Shown here: piece by piece, positions 18,149 through 26,887 of the stretch
Layout: the number at the start of each line of letters is the position of its first letter
How positions within the stretch are numbered: the stretch's first letter is position 1
Origin: Candidatus Firestoneibacteriota bacterium
GTDB lineage: Bacteria; Oederibacteriota; D2-FULL-39-29; JBDRBU01
Length of the DNA: 27,425 nucleotides
Assembly: GCA_043822305.1 (NCBI GenBank)
Contig: JBDRBU010000064.1
Coordinates: 1-27,425, forward strand
Reading direction: 5' to 3'
The notes under the pieces: generated by a model
Told to the model about the DNA's origin: nothing
Databases searched by the model: none
Seen by the model: the letters and a program-made list of their open reading frames with translations, nothing else
Made by a program: the position numbers and the translations under genes

Positions 18149-18177
18149 TTAAACCTTTTTTGGTAGATTGCGTCTAA
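18149..18177 (+). promoter_or_regulatory. ECF-sigma-like promoter TTAAAC-N16-CGTCTAA
   Basis: AAAC 18151-18154, T-tract in a 16-nt spacer, CGTC 18171-18174; resembles SigW/SigM-type consensus. Confidence 0.55.
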
Positions 18178-18211
18178 ATAATTGAAAACCAAAAAAAAGG
18201 AGGGTAAGAAA

Positions 18212-19129
18212 ATGAGAAAAGTATGTGTTTTAATGCTCGGACTAGCCATAATTATAAGTGGCTGTGGTAGTAAGGAAAAGGGTGCTGTTGTCGGACCAGA
18301 ACTTGTAACAGATGATGCTTCTATGGCGACTTCATCTGCTCAGGAAGCAGTCATAAGTTCTGATGTTGGAACAACCAGTGGCGGTGCTTTTGGAGCACCT
18401 GTATATAGTGGTGCACCTTCTAATTCTGAAGCAGCAGCTGCCTCATATATTTTACCACCCGCATTGTATAATCCAATCCCGGATAACGAAGGATATTACA
18501 CAGTAAATGTTACAGATTTTAAAATTTGGTTTCCTCGTTTGTGGTGGGCAACTACAATAACATTAAAGACAAAAGTAACTGGTGCAGATGGTTCTGATGT
18601 CATGGCTGATTATTTAACAGGAACAACACTTCCACTACGCCAAAGATGGGTAGATATAGTTCAAGGTAAGGGGTCGGTTAATGTGACAACAAAATTAGAG
18701 GCATCAAACGATTTTAGGAGCGTAACTTCAACTTTGCAGAAAAAAGTTACTTACTGTGATATACCTGTTTCTCTTATAGTAAAAGATGTAGGAGATTTAA
18801 ATTTGAATGTTACTGTAACAAGATTTAAGACCGGCTGGACTGGAAACTTTGTAATTAAAAATACTGACCAATATACAATTCCTTACTGGGTTCATGGAGA
18901 GACAATAGATTATACTGGTTCATTTGGTCATACAGCACATTTTGATTTAGTTAGAGATAATAATCCTGACTCTTTAACTTTTGGATACCATACAGGAGAT
19001 GGAACAGTTTACTACAAAAATGTTGAAAAGGCAAAAGTTTATTTCAATGGAGATGGCACTGGATATTACACATTAGCAAGTGAAAATTATTTGGTCCAGC
19101 ATCCATTTACAGAGAAAGCAGCAAAGTAA
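18212..19129 (+). CDS. Hypothetical beta-rich lipoprotein
   Basis: ATG after AGGAGG; lipobox IISGC; Ser/Ala/Gly-rich tether followed by a Thr/Tyr/Gly-rich domain. Confidence 0.75.
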   Translation: MRKVCVLMLGLAIIISGCGSKEKGAVVGPELVTDDASMATSSAQEAVISSDVGTTSGGAFGAPVYSGAPSNSEAAAASYILPPALYNPIPDNEGYYTVNVTDFKIWFPRLWWATTITLKTKVTGADGSDVMADYLTGTTLPLRQRWVDIVQGKGSVNVTTKLEASNDFRSVTSTLQKKVTYCDIPVSLIVKDVGDLNLNVTVTRFKTGWTGNFVIKNTDQYTIPYWVHGETIDYTGSFGHTAHFDLVRDNNPDSLTFGYHTGDGTVYYKNVEKAKVYFNGDGTGYYTLASENYLVQHPFTEKAAK

Positions 19130-19146
19130 GTTAATTCAGTATCATT

Positions 19147-19190
19147 AAGCCTCTCATTTATGAAAGTAAGTGGGAGGCTTTTATTTTTTT
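19147..19190 (+). terminator. Rho-independent terminator
   Basis: AAGCCTCTCATTTAT-GAAA-GTAAGTGGGAGGCTT (with G-U pairs) followed by TTATTTTTTT. Confidence 0.88.
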
Positions 19191-19204
19191 ATGTTAGTTT
19201 TATA

Positions 19205-19233
19205 TTGACAAAATGTTTTTATGGAATTATAAT
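19205..19233 (+). promoter_or_regulatory. Consensus sigma70 promoter TTGACA-17-TATAAT for the moxR operon
   Basis: Perfect hexamers and spacer. Confidence 0.85.
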
Positions 19234-19288
19234 ATGAATGGATTGGTAAATAGTAATATGTAATACCATCGAGGTATTTTGAAGGGAT

Positions 19289-19330
19289 GAGATTGTCACG
19301 CCCTGTCCCATTACGGTACAGGGCAATGAC
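19289..19330. repeat. Palindromic element GAGATTGTCAC-[hairpin]-AATGAC, copy 2
   Basis: Stem GCCCTGT...ACAGGGC; flanks match 3371-3408 while the stem sequence differs. Confidence 0.65.
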
Positions 19331-19359
19331 AATACCGACAAATAAAAAAGGAGGTAAAT

Positions 19360-20379
19360 ATGGCTGAAATTAAAACAGTACCAACACAGCAGATAGATGA
19401 TAACTCTGCTGTAAAGATGTTAAAAGATGCTAGAGAAACAATGCTTCGCGAGTTAAGAAAAGTGATTATTGGACAACAGGATGTTATTGATTTAATATTA
19501 ATAGCAATATTTTGTAGGGGTCATTCACTTTTAATGGGGGTTCCTGGCTTAGCAAAAACATTGATGGTTAAAAGTTTAGCGAGTGTTTTAAATCTATCTT
19601 TTAAAAGAATTCAATTCACTCCAGATTTGATGCCCGGTGATATAACCGGAACCGATGTTATAGAAGAAGATAGAGCCACAGGTAAAAGGATATTTTCTTT
19701 TATGAAAGGTCCGCTCTTTGCAAATATTGTCTTAGCTGATGAAATAAATAGAACTCCACCAAAAACTCAGGCGGCATTACTTGAAGCCATGCAGGAGCAT
19801 TGTGTTACGGCAGGTGGTAATACATATCATCTTGAAGAACCATTTTTTGTATTAGCTACACAAAATCCTATTGAACAAGAAGGAACATATCCACTTCCAG
19901 AAGCACAGTTAGACAGATTTATGTTCTTACTAATAGTTGATTATCCCAAAATTGAGGAAGAGATTGAGATTGCTTCAACAACAACTTCTTCATATATTCC
20001 GGATTTGCAGCAAGTTTTAACTGGAGAACAAATCATGCAGTTACAGGATTTAGTCAGGAGAGTTCCGGTATCTAAAAATGTTGTTCGTTATGCCGTAAGA
20101 TTAGCATCGGCCACAAGACCTAATATTCCGACGAATCCGGATTTTGTTAAAAAATGGGTTGCCTGGGGTGCCGGACCTCGTGCATCACAATATTTACTGC
20201 TTGGTGGAAAAGCAAGAGCAATACTCCATGGTAGATACAATGTTTCATGTGAAGATATAGCCTCGGTATCAGGTCCTGTTTTAAGACATAGAATCTTAAC
20301 TAACTTTCATGCTCAAGCAGAAGGTGTTAACTCTGAAAAGATTATAGAGATGTTGATTAAACAAATACCTGCTGAATAA
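19360..20379 (+). CDS. moxR: MoxR family AAA+ ATPase
   Basis: GVPGLAKT, RIQFTPDLMPGD, LADEINRTPPKTQAALLEAM, TQNPIEQEGTYPLPEAQLDRF. Confidence 0.97.
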   Translation: MAEIKTVPTQQIDDNSAVKMLKDARETMLRELRKVIIGQQDVIDLILIAIFCRGHSLLMGVPGLAKTLMVKSLASVLNLSFKRIQFTPDLMPGDITGTDVIEEDRATGKRIFSFMKGPLFANIVLADEINRTPPKTQAALLEAMQEHCVTAGGNTYHLEEPFFVLATQNPIEQEGTYPLPEAQLDRFMFLLIVDYPKIEEEIEIASTTTSSYIPDLQQVLTGEQIMQLQDLVRRVPVSKNVVRYAVRLASATRPNIPTNPDFVKKWVAWGAGPRASQYLLLGGKARAILHGRYNVSCEDIASVSGPVLRHRILTNFHAQAEGVNSEKIIEMLIKQIPAE

Positions 20380-20391
20380 GGATGGAATGAT

Positions 20392-21294
20392 ATGCCCGTA
20401 GAAGGATTAAGATTTTTAGACCCAAAAGTATTGGCGAAGATAAGGCCAATGGAATTAAAAGCAAAATATGTTGTTGAAGGTTTTATGACCGGTCTTCATA
20501 AAAGTCCTTACAAGGGTTTCTCGGTTGAGTTTGCTGAATATAGACAATATATGCCGGGTGATGAAATAAGATACATTGACTGGAGAGTTTTTGGAAGGTC
20601 AGATAAATTTTTTATAAAAGAATTTGAAGAAGAAACAAACCTTAGATGTTATATTACCCTTGATGTTAGTGAGTCAATGGGATATAAATCAAAAAAGTCT
20701 GCTTTAACAAAGTTAGAGTATGCTTCTTATCTGGCAGCTTCATTAGCCTATTTTATGACCCATCAAAGAGACGGTGCTGGTTTAGTTGCTGTGGATAATG
20801 ATATAAGAAATTTTATACCGGCCTCTATGAAAACAGGCCATTTACATAGTGTCTTAGTTACTTTAGAAAAGATAAAACTTGGTGGAATATCTAAGATGGC
20901 GCCAATACTTCATAATTTAGCGGAAATCTATCTTAAAAGAGGATTAGTTTGTTTAATATCAGATTTATTTGATGATGCCGATGCAGTTATTGAGGCCTTA
21001 AAACATTTTAGATTTAGAGGGCATGAAGTTATATTATTTCATGTTTTAGATTACGATGAAATAGAATTTCCTTTCACTGGTTTAACTAAATTTGAAGAGA
21101 TGGAAACTAAAACCGAATTAATAACACTACCAAATGCTTTAAGACAAAATTACTTAAAACAATTAAATGCATTCATAAATCGGTATAAAGCAGAGTGTTT
21201 AACATCAGATATAGATTATGTACTGCTTAACACTTCTAAACCATTAGATTTTGCTTTAATGCAGTATTTAGCCAAAAGGGCAGGGTTAATGTAA
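20392..21294 (+). CDS. DUF58 domain protein (vWA-like)
   Basis: HKSPYKGFSVEFAEYRQYMPGDEIRYIDW; MIDAS-like DVSESM; ISD. Confidence 0.95.
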   Translation: MPVEGLRFLDPKVLAKIRPMELKAKYVVEGFMTGLHKSPYKGFSVEFAEYRQYMPGDEIRYIDWRVFGRSDKFFIKEFEEETNLRCYITLDVSESMGYKSKKSALTKLEYASYLAASLAYFMTHQRDGAGLVAVDNDIRNFIPASMKTGHLHSVLVTLEKIKLGGISKMAPILHNLAEIYLKRGLVCLISDLFDDADAVIEALKHFRFRGHEVILFHVLDYDEIEFPFTGLTKFEEMETKTELITLPNALRQNYLKQLNAFINRYKAECLTSDIDYVLLNTSKPLDFALMQYLAKRAGLM

Positions 21295-21295
21295 A

Positions 21296-23347
21296 ATGCC
21301 AGTAGGATTTTTAAATCCAATACTTCTCATAGGTCTTTCTGCAATTAGCATCCCTATAATTGTACATTTACTTTTAAGAAGGTATGCTAAAAAAGTTGTA
21401 TTTTCAAGTTTTAAATTCTTAGTAAAGAGTGATAAGGTTACCCACCAAAACAGATTAAGAGAGTTAATCCTCCTTTTAATGAGAATACTTATAATGGCCA
21501 TCTTAGCTTTTGCTTTTGCCAGACCATTTTTGATAAAAGCCAAAGGAGCTTTTGGGGGAGATGTAATAAGTGCTGTCATAATTTTGGATAACTCTTACAG
21601 TATGTTGTATAATAATAATTTTGATAAGGCAAGAAATAAAGCTAATTCTATCGTGGATGGACTGAAGGTTTTAGACCAGGTTGGACTTCTTTCTCTGGCT
21701 AAGTCTTTAGTGCCTTTAACCGTAGAAAAAGAAACAGTAAAAAGTAAAATAAGAGATTTAAAAATTTCTACAGTGTTAACGGATTTTCAATTGTCAATTA
21801 AAAAGGCAGACCAATTACTTGCAGAAGATACCTCAGGGAAAAAATATATATATCTTATTACAGATATGCAAAAGATTGGATGGGATAATTTTAATTTTAG
21901 TGAAAAGTTGTCACCAGGAGTAGAGATAAAAATCATAAATTTGGGACAAGATGATGCTGAAAATATGGCCATAACGAATTTAAGCATTCCTCCAGTATTA
22001 TTAGATGAGACTGAACCGGTAAAGATAGTGGCCAGAGTGGAAAATTTTTCTGATAGGCAGAAGGAAGTTAATGTAGCTTTATTTATAGAGAACAGGGAAG
22101 TAAAAAAAGAATCTGTTGTAATACCCGGCAGGAACTTTAAAGATGTTGAATTTACTACATTCTTTGGAGAATCAAGAGGCACTAAGGGATATATAAGCAT
22201 TGGTCATGATAAATTACTGTTGGATAATAAATTTTATTATTCATTTAGAAAAAGGGGCGGACTAAATATTTTACTTGTTAATGGGTCTCCTTCTAATGAT
22301 AGAGATGATGATAGTGCCTACTTTATTAAAGAAGCACTAAATCCAGGAAATGATCCAACAGGAAATATAAAAGTCAAGACGATACTTCCGCAAAATATTG
22401 AGATAGAAGATTTAAATAAATATGATGCAGTCGTATTGTCTAATATTAGCTCTGTGTCGGGTAAAGCAGTATCTAAACTAAAAGAATATTTATCTAACTG
22501 GGGTAATTTAATTATAGGATTAGGTGAAATAGTTTCTGGAAGGGATTACAATAGTACTTTTGGTACAGATTTACTTCCGGCTGAATTATCAACTCCAAAA
22601 GGGGATTTTAACGATAGAAGTAAGTATTTAACATTACTGACGATAGATTTTAATCATCCATTATTTATGCTGTTTAAAAATCCAAGATATTCCAATAGTT
22701 TACAACTCCCAAGATTTTTTAAATATTTTCAGACATTTTCAACGAGAAATCACATCTTAGCGAGGTTTGGTAATGGGGACCCGGCCATAATAGAAAAAAG
22801 TTATAAAAATGGTAAGATTCTTCTTTGGACATCCTCGTTTGATAAGAAATGGTCTAATTTGCCTGTAAAAGGAATATTTTTGCCTTTAATCCATGAGATG
22901 CTTTACTATTTAACATCTTCAGGTGAGTTAATCTCAGACTATAGAGTTAGTCAGCCAGTTACCTGGCATGGAAGATGGAAAGGTGTAAAAGTAGAAAATC
23001 CAGATGGTGAAGTTAAAAAAATAGATTTTGTTAAGGGAATTGTTATATATCAAGATACGACACTAAATGGATTTTATAAAGTTACAATCGAAAACAACCA
23101 GGATATTTTTGCTGTGAATTTACAAACCAAAGAATCTGATTTAACAATAGAAAATGAAAGAGCTGTTGTCATGCAATTAACAAGTGTTTCGGGTGCCAAG
23201 GCAACTACAGAAAAAGGAAGAAATGAAATTGGCGAAGAGACCAAGAGACGACAAGAAATGGCTCAAAAATTATGGTGGAAATTATTTGTCTTCTTATTTG
23301 TCTTAGCCTTTATAGAACTTACTTTTGCTAATAGAATATATGTTTAG
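21296..23347 (+). CDS. BatA/vWA domain membrane protein with Ig-like and glutamine-amidotransferase-like domains
   Basis: FLNP...PIIVHLL...LAFARP BatA N-terminus; MIDAS DNSYSM; WSNLPVKGIFLPL; C-terminal TM helix. Confidence 0.88.
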   Translation: MPVGFLNPILLIGLSAISIPIIVHLLLRRYAKKVVFSSFKFLVKSDKVTHQNRLRELILLLMRILIMAILAFAFARPFLIKAKGAFGGDVISAVIILDNSYSMLYNNNFDKARNKANSIVDGLKVLDQVGLLSLAKSLVPLTVEKETVKSKIRDLKISTVLTDFQLSIKKADQLLAEDTSGKKYIYLITDMQKIGWDNFNFSEKLSPGVEIKIINLGQDDAENMAITNLSIPPVLLDETEPVKIVARVENFSDRQKEVNVALFIENREVKKESVVIPGRNFKDVEFTTFFGESRGTKGYISIGHDKLLLDNKFYYSFRKRGGLNILLVNGSPSNDRDDDSAYFIKEALNPGNDPTGNIKVKTILPQNIEIEDLNKYDAVVLSNISSVSGKAVSKLKEYLSNWGNLIIGLGEIVSGRDYNSTFGTDLLPAELSTPKGDFNDRSKYLTLLTIDFNHPLFMLFKNPRYSNSLQLPRFFKYFQTFSTRNHILARFGNGDPAIIEKSYKNGKILLWTSSFDKKWSNLPVKGIFLPLIHEMLYYLTSSGELISDYRVSQPVTWHGRWKGVKVENPDGEVKKIDFVKGIVIYQDTTLNGFYKVTIENNQDIFAVNLQTKESDLTIENERAVVMQLTSVSGAKATTEKGRNEIGEETKRRQEMAQKLWWKLFVFLFVLAFIELTFANRIYV

Positions 23348-23358
23348 GTTTGGGGTTT

Positions 23359-23377
23359 AATGGGGACAGCGACCTTT
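23359..23377 (-). repeat. CTGTCCC-family repeat copy (minus strand AAAGGTCGCTGTCCCCATT)
   Basis: 17 of 19 positions identical to 14729-14747. Confidence 0.65.
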
Positions 23378-23432
23378 AAAAATACTTTACTGCTTAGCCA
23401 TATCAGTAGGAGATATAAGACAGGGGGATAAT

Positions 23433-24689
23433 ATGAGTAAAGAAAAAGAAATAGAAATACTAAAGCCATTAGTTGATGAACTTCTGCAACTTTCTTCAAC
23501 TCAAATTAATGAACAGAAGAAGAAAATGTGGGCAGAACATCAGTCTTTAAGTAGAAATACAAAAATACCTGTATGTGTTTATTATGAGTGCATTCCAGAC
23601 TCTCAGTGGAAATTAATGTTAGGTGAAAATTTTCTTAAATCTGAATCAAATTTAGGAAAGAAAATAGAATTTGATTTAAGAAAACGTCTTTGGATGGCAA
23701 AAAATGTTCCAGATGACCATATTGTTTTACCATTTATTGTTGTAAAGAGTATTTTAGCCCAGGATGTTAATTGGGGTGTGCCTTTGAAATGGGTTGGAAG
23801 TGGTGAAAGTGATACTCCGGATCTTGAGGCAAAAAGAATTGAACCGCCATTTAAAGAAAAGATAAACTTAAATAAATTAAAATTTGCTGATATTGAAATT
23901 GATGAAAAGGCAAACTCTGTTTTGGTTGAAGAAGCAAATAAACTCGTAGAAGGAAGAGTCCCTGTATTTATTTATTATCATAATTTAGAATATTCGCCTT
24001 TTGATAAAGCAGTTGAATTTCGAGGTTTGGAAAATTTACTTTATGATGTTATTGATGTACCAAATGAAGTACATTCTTTGATGGATTTTATAGTTACTAA
24101 TTATGAAAAACATCATAAGAATAGGGAAGAAAAAGGTTGGATAAATTGCATATCTATTGACAGCAAGTATAAATTAGTTAGTTTTCGGGTTCACTCTGCT
24201 TTTTTATCAAAAGATTTTAATCCAAAAAAGCCTCGTTTATGTGATGAGTGGGCTTACATAGCTGCTCAAACATCATCTGGACTAAGTCCAACTATGTATG
24301 AGGAATTTGTTCAACCTTATAATGTTAGATTAGCAAGATTTTTTACTAACAACACTGTTTATTATCATGGTTGTGAAAATCTTGATAAAAAAATAAATGC
24401 GATTTCTACTTTGCCTAATTTAAGAAGATTTCATGTTTCTCCATGGTCGAGTGTTAAAGTTGCGCAAGAGAAGTTTAAAGAAAGTGTTGTCTTAGAAATC
24501 CATACTCATCCCGGAAAAGTATTTTTTGGTTTTACAAAAGAAGATATGAAATCAGATATTAAGAAATTAGTAGAAGAAGCAAAAGGTTCTATATTTGATC
24601 TAAATCTAAGTGATATACATTCAGTAAATAATAATCCGAAATTATTAACTATGTGGGCAGAAGCTGCTCAAGAAATAGTTGGAGGATAA
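23433..24689 (+). CDS. Uroporphyrinogen-decarboxylase-superfamily (MtaA/CmuA-like) protein
   Basis: FRGLENLLYD...P..VH.LM, LSPTMYEEFVQPY, YYHGCE. Confidence 0.75.
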   Translation: MSKEKEIEILKPLVDELLQLSSTQINEQKKKMWAEHQSLSRNTKIPVCVYYECIPDSQWKLMLGENFLKSESNLGKKIEFDLRKRLWMAKNVPDDHIVLPFIVVKSILAQDVNWGVPLKWVGSGESDTPDLEAKRIEPPFKEKINLNKLKFADIEIDEKANSVLVEEANKLVEGRVPVFIYYHNLEYSPFDKAVEFRGLENLLYDVIDVPNEVHSLMDFIVTNYEKHHKNREEKGWINCISIDSKYKLVSFRVHSAFLSKDFNPKKPRLCDEWAYIAAQTSSGLSPTMYEEFVQPYNVRLARFFTNNTVYYHGCENLDKKINAISTLPNLRRFHVSPWSSVKVAQEKFKESVVLEIHTHPGKVFFGFTKEDMKSDIKKLVEEAKGSIFDLNLSDIHSVNNNPKLLTMWAEAAQEIVGG

Positions 24690-24692
24690 ATT

Positions 24693-25679
24693 ATGATACC
24701 AAGAGAAGTTATTAAAAGAAATCTAAGATTTACATGTCCCAGCCGTATTGGCCTGGCATTTGATAGTAATAAAAAGAATGATTTTTGTCAGGAAGTTAAG
24801 ATTTCGCCAAAAGGTTATAAACAAAAAAGATGGATAGAGGGAAAATTTGAATATTATGATGACCCATGGGGAAATATATGGTATCGTATTATTGATATGG
24901 CCAAAGGTGGAGAAATCTTTAAGCCAGCAATATCTGATTGGTCTATGCTCAAGGATTATAAGTTGCCAGACTTTCTTAACTCTCCGGATTTTGAAAATAT
25001 TAAAAAAATATTTGATAAAGATAAAGGAGAACATTATCGTTTGGTGAATCTGCCTGGCTTTCCTTTTTCAATAAGTAGATACTTAAGAAAAATGGAAGAT
25101 TATTTTCAGGATTTAATTCTTGAAAGGGAGAATATAGATAAGTTACATAATATGGTTACATCCCTTCTTGAAGAAGTTATAAAAAAGATTCCTGTAACAG
25201 GAGCAGATGGGGTTATATTATATGAAGACTGGGGGACTCAGGATAGGTTGCTCATCCATCCAAATATGTGGCGGGAAATATTTAAACCTCTTTTTAAAAG
25301 ATTGTGTGATGTTGCCCATTCAGTAGGTTTAGATGTTTTGATGCATTCATGTGGTTATAACTGGGATATCCTTGATGATTTGGCTGAAGCAGGGATAAAT
25401 GCTTTTCAGTTTGACCAGCCAAGTATATATGGTTTAGAAAGACTGGCTAATAAACTTCAATCTCTTAAAGTTTGTTTGTTTTCACCGGTTGATATACAGA
25501 AAGTTTTATCAACAGGAAATAAAGAAATTATAATTAATGAAGTTCATATGATGGTAAAACTTTTCTTTAGAGATAAAGGTGGATTTATAGCAAAAAATTA
25601 TGGAGATTTGGTTAGTATTGGAGTAAAACCAGAGTGGGATGATTGGGCGTATGAAACTTTTTTAGAATATTGCAAGTAA
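24693..25679 (+). CDS. Uroporphyrinogen-decarboxylase-superfamily protein
   Basis: DPWGNIW, EDWGTQ, PNMWREIFKP, MHSCG, VDIQ, GGFI. Confidence 0.85.
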   Translation: MIPREVIKRNLRFTCPSRIGLAFDSNKKNDFCQEVKISPKGYKQKRWIEGKFEYYDDPWGNIWYRIIDMAKGGEIFKPAISDWSMLKDYKLPDFLNSPDFENIKKIFDKDKGEHYRLVNLPGFPFSISRYLRKMEDYFQDLILERENIDKLHNMVTSLLEEVIKKIPVTGADGVILYEDWGTQDRLLIHPNMWREIFKPLFKRLCDVAHSVGLDVLMHSCGYNWDILDDLAEAGINAFQFDQPSIYGLERLANKLQSLKVCLFSPVDIQKVLSTGNKEIIINEVHMMVKLFFRDKGGFIAKNYGDLVSIGVKPEWDDWAYETFLEYCK

Positions 25680-25692
25680 TACGGAGGAATAA

Positions 25693-26784
25693 ATGAATTG
25701 TCTTCTAGTTTTCATAATAGGAGTTGTTTTTGGAATAATAGTTGTTTTTATTATTAATCTTATTCGTAAAAAAGAAGAGACTGAAAGAATTAAAGAGTCT
25801 TTTGGAAATCTATCTTTAGAAGCATTAAGAAAAAATAGTGAAGAGTTTTTAAAACTAGCTAATGAGATTCTATCAAAGCAGACTCAAAGCGGGGAAAAGA
25901 CACTTGGTGTAATAAAGCAAGACATGGAAGGCAATCTGCAGAATGTACAAAATTTAATGGTAAGCCTTGAAAAAGACAGAGAACAGAAGTTTGGAGAAAT
26001 TTCTACATTAGTTAAATCTTCTACAGAACAGGTAAGTAAGTTATCGGATGTGACAAATCAACTAAATACAGCCTTAGCTAGTTCTAAAATAAGGGGCCAG
26101 TGGGGTGAGAGAATGGCAGAAGATGTGCTTAGATTAGCTGGTTTTATGGAAGGGATTAACTACTTAAAACAGAAATCGTTAGAAAAAACAAATACTAGAC
26201 CCGACTTTACATTTTTACTTCCAAATGGACTAAAACTAAATATGGATGTAAAATTTCCATTAGATAATTATCTTCATTATTTTGAAGCAGGTGGTGAAAC
26301 CGAAATGCAAAATTACAAGAGTCAGTTTTTAAGAGATGTAAGAAGTAGGATTAAAGAAGTTACAACAAGAGATTATATAAATCCTGAAGAAAATACAATT
26401 GATTATATGATAGTTTTTATTCCAAACGAACAGGTTTATGCATTTATTAACGAGAATGATAGAACTATACTAGACGATGCCCTTAAAAATAAAGTAGTAC
26501 TTTGTTCTCCGTTAACACTTTATGCGATTTTAGCTGTTATAAGACAAGCCATAGACAATTTTAAGATGGAAAAAACTGCATCGCAGGTATTAGTCCTTTT
26601 AAATACTGTTTCCAAACAGTGGACCAATTTCATAGAATGTTTTGATGATTTAGGAAAGAAGATAGAAAATGTTCAGAAGGAATATAATGCTTTAATCTCA
26701 ACACGAAAAAACCAGGTGGAAAAAACATTAAGACAAATAGAAGAATTGAAAGTTCAAAGAGAAGATTCTAATAAAGATTTATAG
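25693..26784 (+). CDS. rmuC: DNA recombination protein RmuC
   Basis: N-terminal TM helix, coiled coil, RGQWGE, RPD...LP...DVKFP, FIPNE, SPLTL. Confidence 0.93.
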   Translation: MNCLLVFIIGVVFGIIVVFIINLIRKKEETERIKESFGNLSLEALRKNSEEFLKLANEILSKQTQSGEKTLGVIKQDMEGNLQNVQNLMVSLEKDREQKFGEISTLVKSSTEQVSKLSDVTNQLNTALASSKIRGQWGERMAEDVLRLAGFMEGINYLKQKSLEKTNTRPDFTFLLPNGLKLNMDVKFPLDNYLHYFEAGGETEMQNYKSQFLRDVRSRIKEVTTRDYINPEENTIDYMIVFIPNEQVYAFINENDRTILDDALKNKVVLCSPLTLYAILAVIRQAIDNFKMEKTASQVLVLLNTVSKQWTNFIECFDDLGKKIENVQKEYNALISTRKNQVEKTLRQIEELKVQREDSNKDL

Positions 26785-26804
26785 ATAGAAAAGTCGTAGT
26801 AACT

Positions 26805-26823
26805 AAATTTGCGAAGCAAATTT
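26805..26823. repeat. Hairpin AAATTTGC-GAA-GCAAATTT
   Basis: Perfect 8-bp stem with GAA triloop downstream of rmuC. Confidence 0.6.
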
Positions 26824-26887
26824 TGTATAATTTTGTTAGCAGAATCTCCCCTTCCTGCGTGCAAAAAATCCTTGATAATAATACTTT

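Noticed and set aside
23433..25679. Calling these genes hemE or mtaA
   Set aside because: The HemE N-terminal RQAGRY motif is absent and no corrinoid partner is present; only the superfamily is supportable
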